The notes beneath the pieces are model-generated. The model was not told the origin of the DNA, did no database searches, and saw only the letters and a program-made list of their open reading frames with translations. 64,000 bases of DNA from Alphaproteobacteria bacterium (GTDB lineage Bacteria > Pseudomonadota > Alphaproteobacteria > SP197): positions 640,001 to 704,000 of the forward strand of contig OZ219918.1 in NCBI GenBank assembly GCA_964291415.2. Reading direction: 5' to 3'. Positions 48,567 through 58,373 of the stretch are shown in pieces (the first letter of the stretch is position 1; every line of letters begins with the position of its first letter). The position numbers and the translations under genes were made by a program.

Positions 48567-49087
48567 CGGTCTGGTTCCTCATTTTCCTTCAGTTTCAGGT
48601 CGACGTGCAGATAGACGTTCGTGGTCTCGATGAATTCATGACCGAATCACAACGCGCTTGATGCTCCTCCCTTATGGCATCCCAAGTCTCTTTCGTCATT
48701 GCTGAAAGTACTCCTGGCGGTGATACAACCTCCTTCATGACGGCATCATGCTCGTTGTCGGCTACAGAGTTTGCGACATCTGCTGCGAAGATGAGCAAAA
48801 TCCTTGGCAGTACCTTCGAATGCTTCCTCTATGGTCCCAACCACCTTGGTCATGGCGACTATCGGGGCATCATTGCCCCCACGCAAATGCATTTCGCAAG
48901 GATGTAACCAACGCATGAGGGGCTGTCTCCGCCCAGGTCGTTGCAAACTCCAAAGTCCTCACAGCCTTGTCATCGACTGCAAGACCGTGGTGCAGTCTCG
49001 TCGCTAGTGTCTTGATCGAGAAATTTGCCAGAGTATTTTCATCGGCAATGTTGGGGGAGTGACCGGTGGGCGGAGCAGCGGTGGCGA

Positions 49088-49600
49088 TTACCTTGTCGGA
49101 AGCGGAGCGGCGTGAGCTGGAGGGACTGGGAGAGGAAGCATCAACTGGCCGGACACCAGTTCAATGGCCTTTTCGTCCTCGCCTTCGGATGCGAGTTTCA
49201 TGGCGGCAATGATCAAGTCCTCGTGCTGGATCATGGAGTTGATGACCGGCTTCAACGCTTTGGGCGCCGATTCGACAATCTCGCGATAGCGATCCTGAAA
49301 TTCTACGCTGGCCGCCACCATATAGGCGGTCGCCTCGGTCCAGCTCATGTGTTCGACGCGCCGAATGAAGGCCCGGGCATCGTTCCGGCTGGCGTCGCTC
49401 TCGACGATATCGCCGCCATGCTCGAAGACGACCTGGCGCAGGCGCGCCTTGTTCTCGGTTTCGAGTTGCAGCAGTGAGCCGATGAGGTGTTTCTGAACCG
49501 GGGTGTGGAACAGGTGCAGCAGGGCGCAATAGAAGGCCTCGCCGTACACCTCGCCCTGGTACATTTCGGCCACTTCCCGTATCTGCTGCTCCGATATCAT
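49088..49600 (-). CDS. Hypothetical helical protein, possibly ferritin-like
   Basis: MISEQQIRE...YQGEVYGE...QLETE...IQHE pattern; GGGAGG RBS. Confidence 0.65.
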   Translation of the reverse strand: MISEQQIREVAEMYQGEVYGEAFYCALLHLFHTPVQKHLIGSLLQLETENKARLRQVVFEHGGDIVESDASRNDARAFIRRVEHMSWTEATAYMVAASVEFQDRYREIVESAPKALKPVINSMIQHEDLIIAAMKLASEGEDEKAIELVSGQLMLPLPVPPAHAAPLPTR

Positions 49601-49762
49601 CCGGCGCCTCCCTCGTTGACACGTCAGGCAAGCATGCCAGCTTTTCGTCGCCATACAAACCTCGGACCGCCGTTCAGCGGGTGCTCCAGGCGATCATCCC
49701 GGGCGCAGCTGTTGCGGGAAACCAAACTTGTCTGCGCCGACAAGGGACTGTCAGCAAATTGC

Positions 49763-49990
49763 TGAGGCTGTTGAAAAAGTCGGAGCCGACAGATTTTGCG
49801 CAGCTATCGTTCCGGTGAATCTTACGGATTGAGCGGGTGAGCGGGCGCAGGCTTTCAGCGGCGATCAGGATGCGAGCTGCGCGACGATCAGGATGAGATT
49901 CCCGGCGGCAGCGGCGAGAGGATGATTCCCGTGGCCGGCGGCGGTTGCAAGCGTGTTCTTGGTTTGATTGTCGCGGCGCGACAGACAGCG
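49763..49990 (-). mobile_element. Degraded IS end (IS5/IS1182-like terminal sequence)
   Basis: GAGGCTGTTGAAAAAGTC resembles termini of these IS groups, next to decayed coding sequence. Confidence 0.35.
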
Positions 49991-50049
49991 CGACATGGGT
50001 GTTGCTGGTGTGGTTGGAGAGAACCGGCCCGCGGAGATGACCTCCGCGG

Positions 50050-50245
50050 GCCATCAGTGTCGTGATGGTTCAGCTTCTGGTGTTTTTCTCGGTGGCATAG
50101 CTTGCCGGCCTGCCGGGTCCTCGCTTGCCCTTGTCGAGGGCGGCGCAGCGGCGATAGCTCTCGACATTCATCTCGAGGATGGCTGCGTGGTGGACGAGGC
50201 GGTCGACGGCAGCCACCGCGGTTGTTTCGTCCGGGAACACCCAGT
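50050..50245 (-). pseudogene. istB: IS21-family helper ATPase IstB, C-terminal fragment
   Basis: W.VFPDETTAVAAVDRLVHHAAILEMNVESYRR. Confidence 0.8.
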
Positions 50246-50254
50246 GTACCGTCA

Positions 50255-50342
50255 GACGAGAGGCGAAATACTTGCACCCTGTCGGGTGGACGCGGACGCC
50301 GAAGCCCTTGAGGCCGGCATCGCGGATATCTATGGTGGCCAT
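50255..50342 (-). pseudogene. Tyrosine integrase arm-type DNA-binding domain fragment
   Basis: IRDAGLKGFGVRVHPTGCKYF matches the D...GFG.RV...G.K.F pattern; joined to the istB fragment. Confidence 0.65.
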
Positions 50343-50476
50343 GCGTGGCCGCAGAGCCGCGATACGCGCTTGAGTTCATTGTGTCGTGGCCCTGGATTCC
50401 CTCCCTGCCTTGAGTTGCAGACGCAGAATGATTCGGCACGGAATCATCCCGCAACTGCAGTCGAGAGAGGAAACAA

Positions 50477-52264
50477 GTGTCGTCAAGTCCGATCAATGGA
50501 ACCAAGAGTGCGGTTCTCGGCGTGACACGGTCATGTACCGGGAAGTACTGGAATGACCGTCTTGACGACGATCAGGCCGTCATGACGCTGGCCCAGCGTC
50601 TCGACCTGCCTGAAGTCCTGGCTCGCCTCCTGGCAGCCAGGGGCATCAAGGCCGACGGCGTCGACGGATTTCTCGAACCCCGCGTGAAACACCTGATGCC
50701 CGATCCTCTCAAGATGGTTGACATGGCGAATGCCGTCCGGCGCATCGCGGATGCTGTCGAAGCCGATGAGACGATCGGCATCTTCGGTGACTACGATGTC
50801 GATGGCGCCACCTCGGCAGCCCTTCTCGTGCGCTATTTTGATTGCCTCGGCGCGAAGACGGTGGTCCATATTCCCGATCGCAGGAAGGAAGGATACGGAC
50901 CGAGCATCAACGCCCTTGCTTCCCTGAAGGAGAGAGGCGCAGGCCCGGTGGTGACCGTGGATTGCGGCATCACGGCCCATGAGCCCCTGCGTCTCGCACA
51001 CCAGGCGGGAATTGACGTCATCGTGCTCGATCACCATCAGGTGGCGGGCGACCTGCCCCAGGCCACGGCACTGGTCGATCCGAACAGGCCCGACTGCGGC
51101 AGCGGCCTGGGCAACCTGGCGGCTGTCGGCGTGACATTCATGACCGTCGTCGCGATCAACAGGGAACTGCGCCAGCGCGGCCGCTTCGACGAATGTCCCG
51201 AGCCCGATCTCATGCAGTGGCTCGATCTGGTGGCACTGGGCACGCTCTGCGACGGCGTTCCCCTCACCGGACTGAACCGGGCGCTGGTGAGTCAGGGACT
51301 GAAGGTTCTGGGCCGCGGCGCCAACGAGGGTCTGTCGGCCCTCGGCCGCTCCGCACGCCTGACAGAGGATCCGACAGCCCACCACGCGACGTTCGTGTTC
51401 GGACCACGCATCAACGCCGGCGGCAGGGTCGGCGATCCGGCACTGGGTGTGCGCCTGCTGACCTCCAGGGACGAGGAAGAGGTGGCAGGCATCGCGGTCA
51501 GGCTGGATGACTGCAATGACGAGCGCCGGCGCATCGAGAAAGGCGTGCTCGAGGCCGCCATGAACCAGGCCGAGACCCAGGCGTCGCGCCACTGCTACGT
51601 GGTGTCGGGGAAGGACTGGCACCCCGGTGTCATCGGCATCGTGGCGAGCCGGCTGGTGGACCGTTTCTCCCGGCCTGCCGTGGTCATCTCCACTGCCGAT
51701 GCTCCCGGCACGGGTTCGTGCCGTTCAGTCAGGGGCGTGAACATCGGCGCCGCGGTCGGGCGTGCGGTGGAGGAGGGGATTCTCGTCAGGGGCGGGGGCC
51801 ATCCCGCGGCCGCGGGCCTGGCGGTCGAGGAAGCCAGGATCGCCGACCTCGCTGCCTTTCTCGAAGACCACCTGGCGCGGGAGGTGGCATCGTTGCCTGA
51901 GGTGCCCGAACTCGGCATCGATGGCGTTCTCAGCGTTGCTGCCGTCAACGAGGACCTGATCCGCTCGATCGAGCGCGCAGGTCCCTTCGGCGCCGGCAAT
52001 GCCCAGCCGCGTTTCGCCATCAAGAATGCGCGCGTCAGCTGGGCGCAGCGGGTCGGGGAGCATCATGTCCGGGTTGCCGCCAGGGATGCCGGCGGCGCGC
52101 GGCTCGATGCCATCGCATTCCGTGTCGCGGACGGTCCGTTGGGCAAGGCCCTGTTGACCAGCGGCACCGGCGCCTTTCACCTTGCCGGGCACCTGAACAT
52201 CAACACGTGGCGGGGCCGCAAGCGCCCGCAACTGGTCATCGAGGACGCGGCAGTGGCCACCTGA
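50477..52264 (+). CDS. recJ: Single-stranded-DNA-specific exonuclease RecJ
   Basis: GDYDVDG, VDCG, DHH, PRINAGGR, WHPGVIGIVASR and GGH..AAG motifs. Confidence 0.97.
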   Translation: MSSSPINGTKSAVLGVTRSCTGKYWNDRLDDDQAVMTLAQRLDLPEVLARLLAARGIKADGVDGFLEPRVKHLMPDPLKMVDMANAVRRIADAVEADETIGIFGDYDVDGATSAALLVRYFDCLGAKTVVHIPDRRKEGYGPSINALASLKERGAGPVVTVDCGITAHEPLRLAHQAGIDVIVLDHHQVAGDLPQATALVDPNRPDCGSGLGNLAAVGVTFMTVVAINRELRQRGRFDECPEPDLMQWLDLVALGTLCDGVPLTGLNRALVSQGLKVLGRGANEGLSALGRSARLTEDPTAHHATFVFGPRINAGGRVGDPALGVRLLTSRDEEEVAGIAVRLDDCNDERRRIEKGVLEAAMNQAETQASRHCYVVSGKDWHPGVIGIVASRLVDRFSRPAVVISTADAPGTGSCRSVRGVNIGAAVGRAVEEGILVRGGGHPAAAGLAVEEARIADLAAFLEDHLAREVASLPEVPELGIDGVLSVAAVNEDLIRSIERAGPFGAGNAQPRFAIKNARVSWAQRVGEHHVRVAARDAGGARLDAIAFRVADGPLGKALLTSGTGAFHLAGHLNINTWRGRKRPQLVIEDAAVAT

Positions 52265-52323
52265 CGCCGGTGTGCCACTTGAATTTGTCGAGACGGGCCG
52301 TTATCTGAACGTCTGCCCTGGAC

Positions 52324-52398
52324 GACCCCTTCGTCTAGAGGTTAGGACACAACCCTTTCACGGTTGAGACAGGGGTTCGATTCCCCTAGGGGTCACCA
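52324..52398 (+). tRNA. tRNA-Glu (TTC)
   Basis: Cloverleaf: GACCCCT/AGGGGTC acceptor stem, CAACC-CTTTCAC-GGTTG anticodon arm, GGTTCGATT T-loop, CCA end. Confidence 0.96.
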
Positions 52399-52904
52399 AC
52401 ACGGCAGGTCCATGACGCTGCGGTCTCATGCCCCGCATGAATCCGGAGAGGCAGGTGGGAGGCAATTCCCGCCGGCGCCGCTCCCCGCTCAAGGCGCTGC
52501 ACGTCACGCAATCTCTCACAGGAAAACAGCATTCGCGTCGCGGCGCGGTGCCGGGAATCGCTGCTGCATGGATGGCAGGGATCGGATGGTGCGGCTCAGG
52601 CGGCGGTCCGGCTCGGTACGTCCCATGCCGCGCTCGGAGCCCCCGGGACGTGGGTGGCGGTCCAACCGGCCTGCGCAAGGAGTCGGTTCACTGGTCGCCT
52701 CGGGCAAGACGAGGGGAACGAGGCCTTGGCCTTGATCGGAATTCTCGTCTCCGTCATCTGACGCAGATCTTCCGCTTCTTTGCCAGGACAAGGCGGCTGA
52801 AGCCCAAGATCGCGATCCACATCGCCAAGTCGTGCATGCCGGGGAGGCCATGGCGGCGGGCCGGGCGGAAGCCTGCAGGCGGCCGTATCGCCTGCAATGT
52901 CGGC

Positions 52905-53040
52905 CCTTCTCCCGGGTTCATAAGCGGATGCTATCCGGGCCACAAGAAAACGGTCTTGGAAGCCGTCGCCGGGCGGGCTCACGTTGCGTTGAGGCCCATA
53001 TGCGAGGGCTGCAACCGGAGAGAGTGAGACGGATGGCGCA
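52905..53040 (+). repeat. Repeated ~135-nt leader, copy 1 (copy 2 at 55803-55938)
   Basis: Identical core ATGCGAGGGCTGCAACCGGAGAGAGTGAGACG followed by ATGGCG; upstream GCTATCCGG...AAACGGTCTTGGA also shared. Confidence 0.8.
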
Positions 53041-54061
53041 GGGAAGGGAACAACACCCTCAGACAGGCAAACGGAGCGAAGCGGCGCCGGGGCGCGCCGA
53101 CATGTTCGAACGGCGCAGCGACCTGGTGCGGCTCGTTGCCGTCGCGGAGGCGGAGAGGATCGTCACCGCGGCGGACCGCCTCGCCATGACCCAGCCGGCG
53201 CTCAGCCGCGTCGGCGCCCGCCTGGAGCGGGAGTTCGGCGCGCGCCTCTTCGAGCGCATCCCCACTGGCGTGCGCCCGACCCGCCTCGGCGCCCTCATCA
53301 TCGAGCGCGCGCGGCGCATCCTGCGCGAGATCGAGGCGGGCGAGGAGACGGTGGCGGCGGCGCTCGCCGGGCGCACGGGCCGGTTCCGCGTCACCGCGGC
53401 GCCGCTGTGGATGCAGGTCGTCGTCGCGCCCGCCGTCCAGGCGTTCCACTCGGCCTTCCCCGAGATCGAGCTCAGGCTGCGCACGGCCTCCTGGCGCGAG
53501 GGCGCGCGGCTCCTCGACGACGGCCGGAGCGACCTCCACTGCGGCGGCCTCTACAGCGGCGAGGCCCTGCCGGCGCATGTGCGGTGCGAGCGCGTTCTCG
53601 AGGTGACGGGCGGCATCGTCGCCGGCGGCGGCCATCCCCTGCACGAGGCGGGACCGCAGCCCCGCGACCTCGCCGGCTGGCCCTGGATCGACGTCGACGG
53701 ACGAGTCGGCGCCGGCCGGCCGTCCCTGGCAGCGATCCTCGACGATCTGGGCGACCTGACCGGTGCCCCGGTGCACGCCGTCATGCGCGCGGGCTCGGCC
53801 GGCCTGACGCTGCTGGCCGTCGGCCCGTGGCTCTCCTGGCTGCCCCTCGATCTCCTCGACCGGCTGCCCGGAACGCCGCTGAAGCCCCTGCCGCTCGACT
53901 TCGGCCGGCGCCGCTACCGCGCCGGCTTCGTGGCCCGGCGCACGGCCGAGGATCTGGAGCCCTTCCGCGCGCTGGAGGCGGCGGTGCGCGACGCCGCGCT
54001 CGGGCGCATGGGACCCGGCCCGCGGCGCCCGGCGAAGCAGTCCGGAGGAACGGAACGATGA
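53033..54061 (+). CDS. LysR-family transcriptional regulator
   Basis: AADRLAMTQPALSR...LEREFGARLFER...PT..G HTH; alternative start at 53102. Confidence 0.85.
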   Translation: MAQGREQHPQTGKRSEAAPGRADMFERRSDLVRLVAVAEAERIVTAADRLAMTQPALSRVGARLEREFGARLFERIPTGVRPTRLGALIIERARRILREIEAGEETVAAALAGRTGRFRVTAAPLWMQVVVAPAVQAFHSAFPEIELRLRTASWREGARLLDDGRSDLHCGGLYSGEALPAHVRCERVLEVTGGIVAGGGHPLHEAGPQPRDLAGWPWIDVDGRVGAGRPSLAAILDDLGDLTGAPVHAVMRAGSAGLTLLAVGPWLSWLPLDLLDRLPGTPLKPLPLDFGRRRYRAGFVARRTAEDLEPFRALEAAVRDAALGRMGPGPRRPAKQSGGTER

Positions 54062-54284
54062 CGGCGATACCCCCGCCTGATCCCGGGCGTGGCGCATGGC
54101 GGACGTGGATGCGGCGCCGAGTCCCCGGCATGAGCAGCGCGTGGTCCTTCATCAGGTCATCGACCGGCTGGAGCGGCTGCTCTGACTGGAGTGGGCTCTC
54201 GACAGCCGCCGGGCCGGACCGCGGCCGGCCGGTGACATCCATCGGTGTCGCCGTTCCGACTGCTGCCGGAGCCCGGACAGGGAG

Positions 54285-54303
54285 CCATAGGAAGAACTTA
54301 TGG
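54285..54303. promoter_or_regulatory. LysR/OxyR-type binding box in an AT-rich divergent promoter region
   Basis: CCATAG-gaagaac-TTATGG dyad (T-N11-A) upstream of the OxyR-like gene. Confidence 0.45.
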
Positions 54304-54473
54304 ATGCTTGAAGGAAATTGTATTGGTTCTTATAATCGTTCCAGATTAGTTGTCATCGGACGACGTCCCGGAGCATCCCGTCCATGCACGTTTCGTCGAG
54401 GAAAGGGAGCGGGACCGCCCGGGGAAGCGATTGCCGGCGGGATTGGATGCCGCCGTCGCGGAAGGATGGAGTC

Positions 54474-55406
54474 ATGCCGATCACATTGCGTCAGTTGCGC
54501 TACTTCCAGGCCCTGGTGAAACACGGATCGTTCTGCCGGGCGGCCGAGAGCGTACACGTCTCCCAGCCGGCGCTCTCGCTCCAGATCCGCGAGCTCGAAG
54601 CGTCCCTGGGCGGGACGGTGGTCGAACGCGAGAGCCGCGGCATCCGGCTGACGCGGCTGGGCCGCGAGGCGCACGAGCAGACGCTCAGGATCCTCGACGA
54701 GACGCTTCTCCTGGAGACCATGGGAAAGCGTCTCGAGGAGGGACCGCTTCACCTCGACGTCGGAATCCTTTCGACTCTCGCCTCCTATCTGCTGCCGGGC
54801 CTGCTGGACCGCCTGAGGGTGTCGTCGCCGCGGGTCGAGCTCACCGTGACGGAGGCCCCGGGCCAGGATCTCGTCGCCCGCCTGCTGGCCGGACGGCTCG
54901 ACGCGGCGATCGTGTCCCTGCCGCTCGGCATGCTGGAACTGCCGGAGCGGGAGCTCTTCGAGGATCGCTTCCTGCTCGCCGGCTGCGTCCGGCGACTCGA
55001 AGCGCTCGACGCGCCGCGGCCGACCGACCTGGCGCGGGAGGACACCGGGCCGCTGCTCACGCTCGCCGACGGCCACTGCCTGGCCGACCAGGTCCTCGGC
55101 GCCTGCTCGATGTGGCGCATCCAGGAGGTCCGGCGCGGCGCCGGCTCGCTCACCACCCTGTCGCGGCTGGTGGCGGGCGGCGCCGGGCTGACGCTGCTGC
55201 CGGAGACCGCGGCGCTCCTTGAGCAGTCCGCCTCGCCCGAACTGAGCTTCCTTCGCTTTCGCTCTCCCGAGCCGGCCCGCCAGATCGGTCTCGCGCACCG
55301 CGCGGCCTGTCACGGGCAGCCTTGGGTCGACCTCCTCGCCGACGCGGCGGCGGACGCCGGCGAGGCGCTGGTCGAGGAGGCGCGTCAGGCGATCGGGAAG
55401 GGTTAA
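54474..55406 (+). CDS. OxyR-like LysR regulator
   Basis: TLRQLRYF...SQPALSLQIRELE HTH; L.DGHCLADQVLGAC retains both redox cysteines; SLTTL...G.G.TLLP. Confidence 0.82.
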   Translation: MPITLRQLRYFQALVKHGSFCRAAESVHVSQPALSLQIRELEASLGGTVVERESRGIRLTRLGREAHEQTLRILDETLLLETMGKRLEEGPLHLDVGILSTLASYLLPGLLDRLRVSSPRVELTVTEAPGQDLVARLLAGRLDAAIVSLPLGMLELPERELFEDRFLLAGCVRRLEALDAPRPTDLAREDTGPLLTLADGHCLADQVLGACSMWRIQEVRRGAGSLTTLSRLVAGGAGLTLLPETAALLEQSASPELSFLRFRSPEPARQIGLAHRAACHGQPWVDLLADAAADAGEALVEEARQAIGKG

Positions 55407-55519
55407 TCCGGAGGAGGCCGCCGGAATCCCTTCTCCCCCGCAGGGGCGCGGGTCAGGGCGAGGGGGATGTGGACAGCGCGGACCGCGCGAATTGGAAGCG
55501 CCGCAGGGTGTCCCGTTGA

Positions 55520-55720
55520 AGGTGGCCGTGTTCCTGGTTGACCTCGGCGAGCCGGGCGATGGTCCAGTCATCGGCGTATCCCTGGGTGACGCCGTTGGGC
55601 CCGGCATGGTTCACCAGGCGCCTGGTGAGCGAGGGAGGCAGCATCAGTTCGCGCCCAGCGGACCGCCATGGGAACCGCATCCGGCTCTTGCCTGTCGGAC
55701 CGAAGACGTAGGCGCCTTGC
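55520..55720 (-). pseudogene. Tyrosine recombinase/integrase C-terminal fragment
   Basis: ELMLPPSLTRRLVNHA...VTQGY retains the box II H...Y residues; decayed upstream. Confidence 0.65.
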
Positions 55721-55802
55721 CGACCGCGAGGCAAATGCCGATCAGGTGATTCTGCATGCCGCCCGCCCGTCTCCGCGTCAGTGCCGTGGACGGAATCCCG
55801 AC

Positions 55803-55938
55803 CCGTCTCCCGGTTCGATAATGCAAGGCTATCCGGACGACGGGCAAACGGTCTTGGAGGTCGCCGTCGGGCGGGCACATGGTGCGGCCAGGCTCGCATG
55901 CGAGGGCTGCAACCGGAGAGAGTGAGACGCATGGCGAA
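55803..55938 (+). repeat. Repeated leader, copy 2
   Basis: See 52905-53040; here it is followed by only a 19-codon ORF. Confidence 0.8.
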
Positions 55939-56353
55939 GACAATGCACAACCGCCGGACGCGGCGCCGCGCAACGCCGCGCTCGGGCTGAGCAGCGAGCC
56001 ACCCGGATGAGGTACGGCCACGCGAATTTCGCGCTATGCGCCTGACTCAAGATCCTCGACGACGAGCGCGAGTGAGCCCTGCCGACAATGACCGCCCCGG
56101 CCAGTTGCCGATGACCGAACAGATCCGGGACGCCAGGTGCCCTGACCAGACCCGCTGTCGCGCAGCGTTGACTGAACGGATGCCGACGCGCAAAGGCACT
56201 GCCGTTCATCGGCTTCCGGACGAGGCTACGCAGACTGTCGCGCGGGCCGGTTTCGCCCGGGGCCCGGCGGTTCGGCGCCTTCGCCGTCAGTGGTACCCGG
56301 GACAGTCGCTATCGAGGCCTGAGTCCTGAGCGATGTGGTCGAGCACGTCGGCA

Positions 56354-57082
56354 CTATCGATCCCGGTCCATTGTCGTGACTCTCTCCTTCCAGATCTCGA
56401 CGGCTCGATTAACGCGCTCGCAGTTGGGTTCAAGGTCTTCAAGGTGCGCGCTCAGACGGCCACACAGGGACGAGACGATGTCTCGAGACGCCCCCGCATT
56501 CATGCCCATCGTCACGCCCGCCCGGACAAAGTCGCGGGATGACAGACGGTTCCGCTTGCCCGCCAGCGAGAGCGCGAACTGATCGGTCTCGAGGCCCGGG
56601 AAAACCCGAGTCGTCACGGCATCGTAGACCGGGGCGAGCCGGACAGATGAGAAGTTCCCCGCTCCGTCGCAGGCAACCCGCGGGACGGCCAGGTTCTTCA
56701 GGTGGCAATCGCCATCCGCCATGAGCCAGGCGAGCACGGCGCGGCCAAGCAGCAACGCGACATCCGCTTTGGCGTCGCTGGAGACGTTCTGCAGCGCCCG
56801 GGCTGCCTGCTCGATGGAGCCCTCGTATTTTTCGGAGGGCGCGACACCGCGAACGGATGCCATGTCTTCCATGGCGATCTTTCGACGGTCATTGCGGTCT
56901 CGCCGGATGTCGAAGCGTTCGACGAGCAGCGCGTCGGGCAGGTTGCCGGGCATCGAGACCAGTGCGTGCACAGCCGTCTCGAACCCGCAGGCCCGGGCCG
57001 CCGCCAAACATGCCACTTCGACCTGAGGAAGGTCTTCGAAGCCGGGCCCCGGTGAAGGCTTGAGGATATGCGTGAAGGGGTG
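56354..57082 (-). pseudogene. HipA-family kinase toxin, 5'-truncated
   Basis: THILKP, LLVERFD, DGDCHLKN and RLAPVYD motifs; an in-frame TAA lies immediately upstream and the N-terminal part is missing. Confidence 0.8.
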
Positions 57083-57190
57083 TTACCAACTCCGGGCCTG
57101 TCTTGATCGAATCGTCGGAATAGTCGCCGGGCCGACCTGTCGTATAGGGCGTCTAGGCATGTGTAATCAAAATGTTATGCCAGTACATGA

Positions 57191-57216
57191 GTGTCCCCAA
57201 GCGGATTCGAACTCCC
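57191..57216 (-). repeat. Degenerate tRNA-Glu-like 3' half (possible att remnant), inverted
   Basis: Minus strand GGGAGTTCGAATCCGCTTGGGGACAC versus tRNA AGGGGTTCGATTCCCCTAGGGGTCAC, 20/26 identical. Confidence 0.45.
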
Positions 57217-57331
57217 GAGACATGAGCGAAGGAAGGGGCCCGGATACGCTTGAGGCCCTGCAACGTGTGATGATCTTTGCCCGAGCGACGGGCGTCTCGG
57301 GAGGATTGGACAGACAAAACGGAGCAACGAC

Positions 57332-57823
57332 ATGATCGCGAGCCGCACGCTCTACCTTGCCAATCCATACGGCTTTTCCGAATCGTTGAAGTCAGGACCC
57401 CTGCAGGACCTCGTCAGTCGTCTCGAGGCACTGGGCGCCGAGGTGTGGGAGCCCTTCGAGTCGATTGAAAACCGCGACCGGAGCGCACCGCATTGGGCCT
57501 GGCGGATCGCCCGAAGCGATGCCAGGGGCGTCAGGGACGCCGACGGAGTCTTCGCTGTTGTCAACGGCTGTCCGCCGGACGAGGGCGTGATGGTCGAGGT
57601 CGGCCTGGCGATCGCCTGGCAAAAGCCGTTGTTCCTGTTCCGCGACGACTTTCGCCGCTGTTCGGACAGTGAGGACTATCCTCTCAACCTGATGCTCTTC
57701 GCCGGTTACACTGCCGATGGCTGGCGGGACTACTGGTACGATTCCATCGAGAGCCTCGCTTGCCCGAAGAAGGCCCTGGTGGGCTGGCTTCAGGGCGAAG
57801 ACGTAAAGCCACTCGAGGTTTGA
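57332..57823 (+). CDS. Nucleoside 2-deoxyribosyltransferase family protein
   Basis: YLANPYGF, D...V..AD, DEGVMVEVG.A.A..KP and NLML motifs. Confidence 0.85.
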   Translation: MIASRTLYLANPYGFSESLKSGPLQDLVSRLEALGAEVWEPFESIENRDRSAPHWAWRIARSDARGVRDADGVFAVVNGCPPDEGVMVEVGLAIAWQKPLFLFRDDFRRCSDSEDYPLNLMLFAGYTADGWRDYWYDSIESLACPKKALVGWLQGEDVKPLEV

Positions 57824-57843
57824 TCGCTTGAAGGAGGATGCCG

Positions 57844-58317
57844 ATGAGCGGAACAGGTCGGGGCGGCGGCTGCCTGTGCGGTGCCGTGCGCTACGAGATT
57901 TCAGGGGAGCCGAGGTTCTCGCCGCTGTGTCACTGTCGCATGTGCCAGAGGTGGACCGGCAGCGCCATGCTGGTCACGGTGGCCTTCGATCGCGACGGCG
58001 TCGTGTTCACGAAGGGCGAGCCCAGGATCTACTGGTCGTCCGATGTCAGCGAGCGGGGATTCTGTCCGGACTGCGGCAGTTCGCTCTTCACGCGCTACGC
58101 CTCGGGAGGGGTCTTCGACGGCATCATTTTCGTCGCCCTGGGGACCCTCGACGATCCGGAATCCGTCCGTCCGGACGTGCACTACGGGGCCGAGGCGGAA
58201 CTCTCCTGGATGCGCCGCGAGGACGGTCTGGCACGCGTCAGCATCGATGTCGACGACCCTGCTGAGCAGAACGCCCTCTTGGAGCGCCTGATGGCCGCCT
58301 CCGGCAACCCGTCTTGA
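57844..58317 (+). CDS. GFA (CENP-V) family zinc protein
   Basis: GGCLCGAVRY, CHCRMCQR and RGFCPDCGS motifs. Confidence 0.9.
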   Translation: MSGTGRGGGCLCGAVRYEISGEPRFSPLCHCRMCQRWTGSAMLVTVAFDRDGVVFTKGEPRIYWSSDVSERGFCPDCGSSLFTRYASGGVFDGIIFVALGTLDDPESVRPDVHYGAEAELSWMRREDGLARVSIDVDDPAEQNALLERLMAASGNPS

Positions 58318-58373
58318 AGGCGGCAGGCGAGGGGACTATTCTTCGCGAGTGCGGGGATGCGGGAGAAGACGCG

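Noticed and set aside
57075-57095. AGGGGTGTTACCAAC as a direct attR copy of the tRNA-Glu end
   Set aside because: The match is too short and gapped, and is partly explained by the HipA coding sequence.
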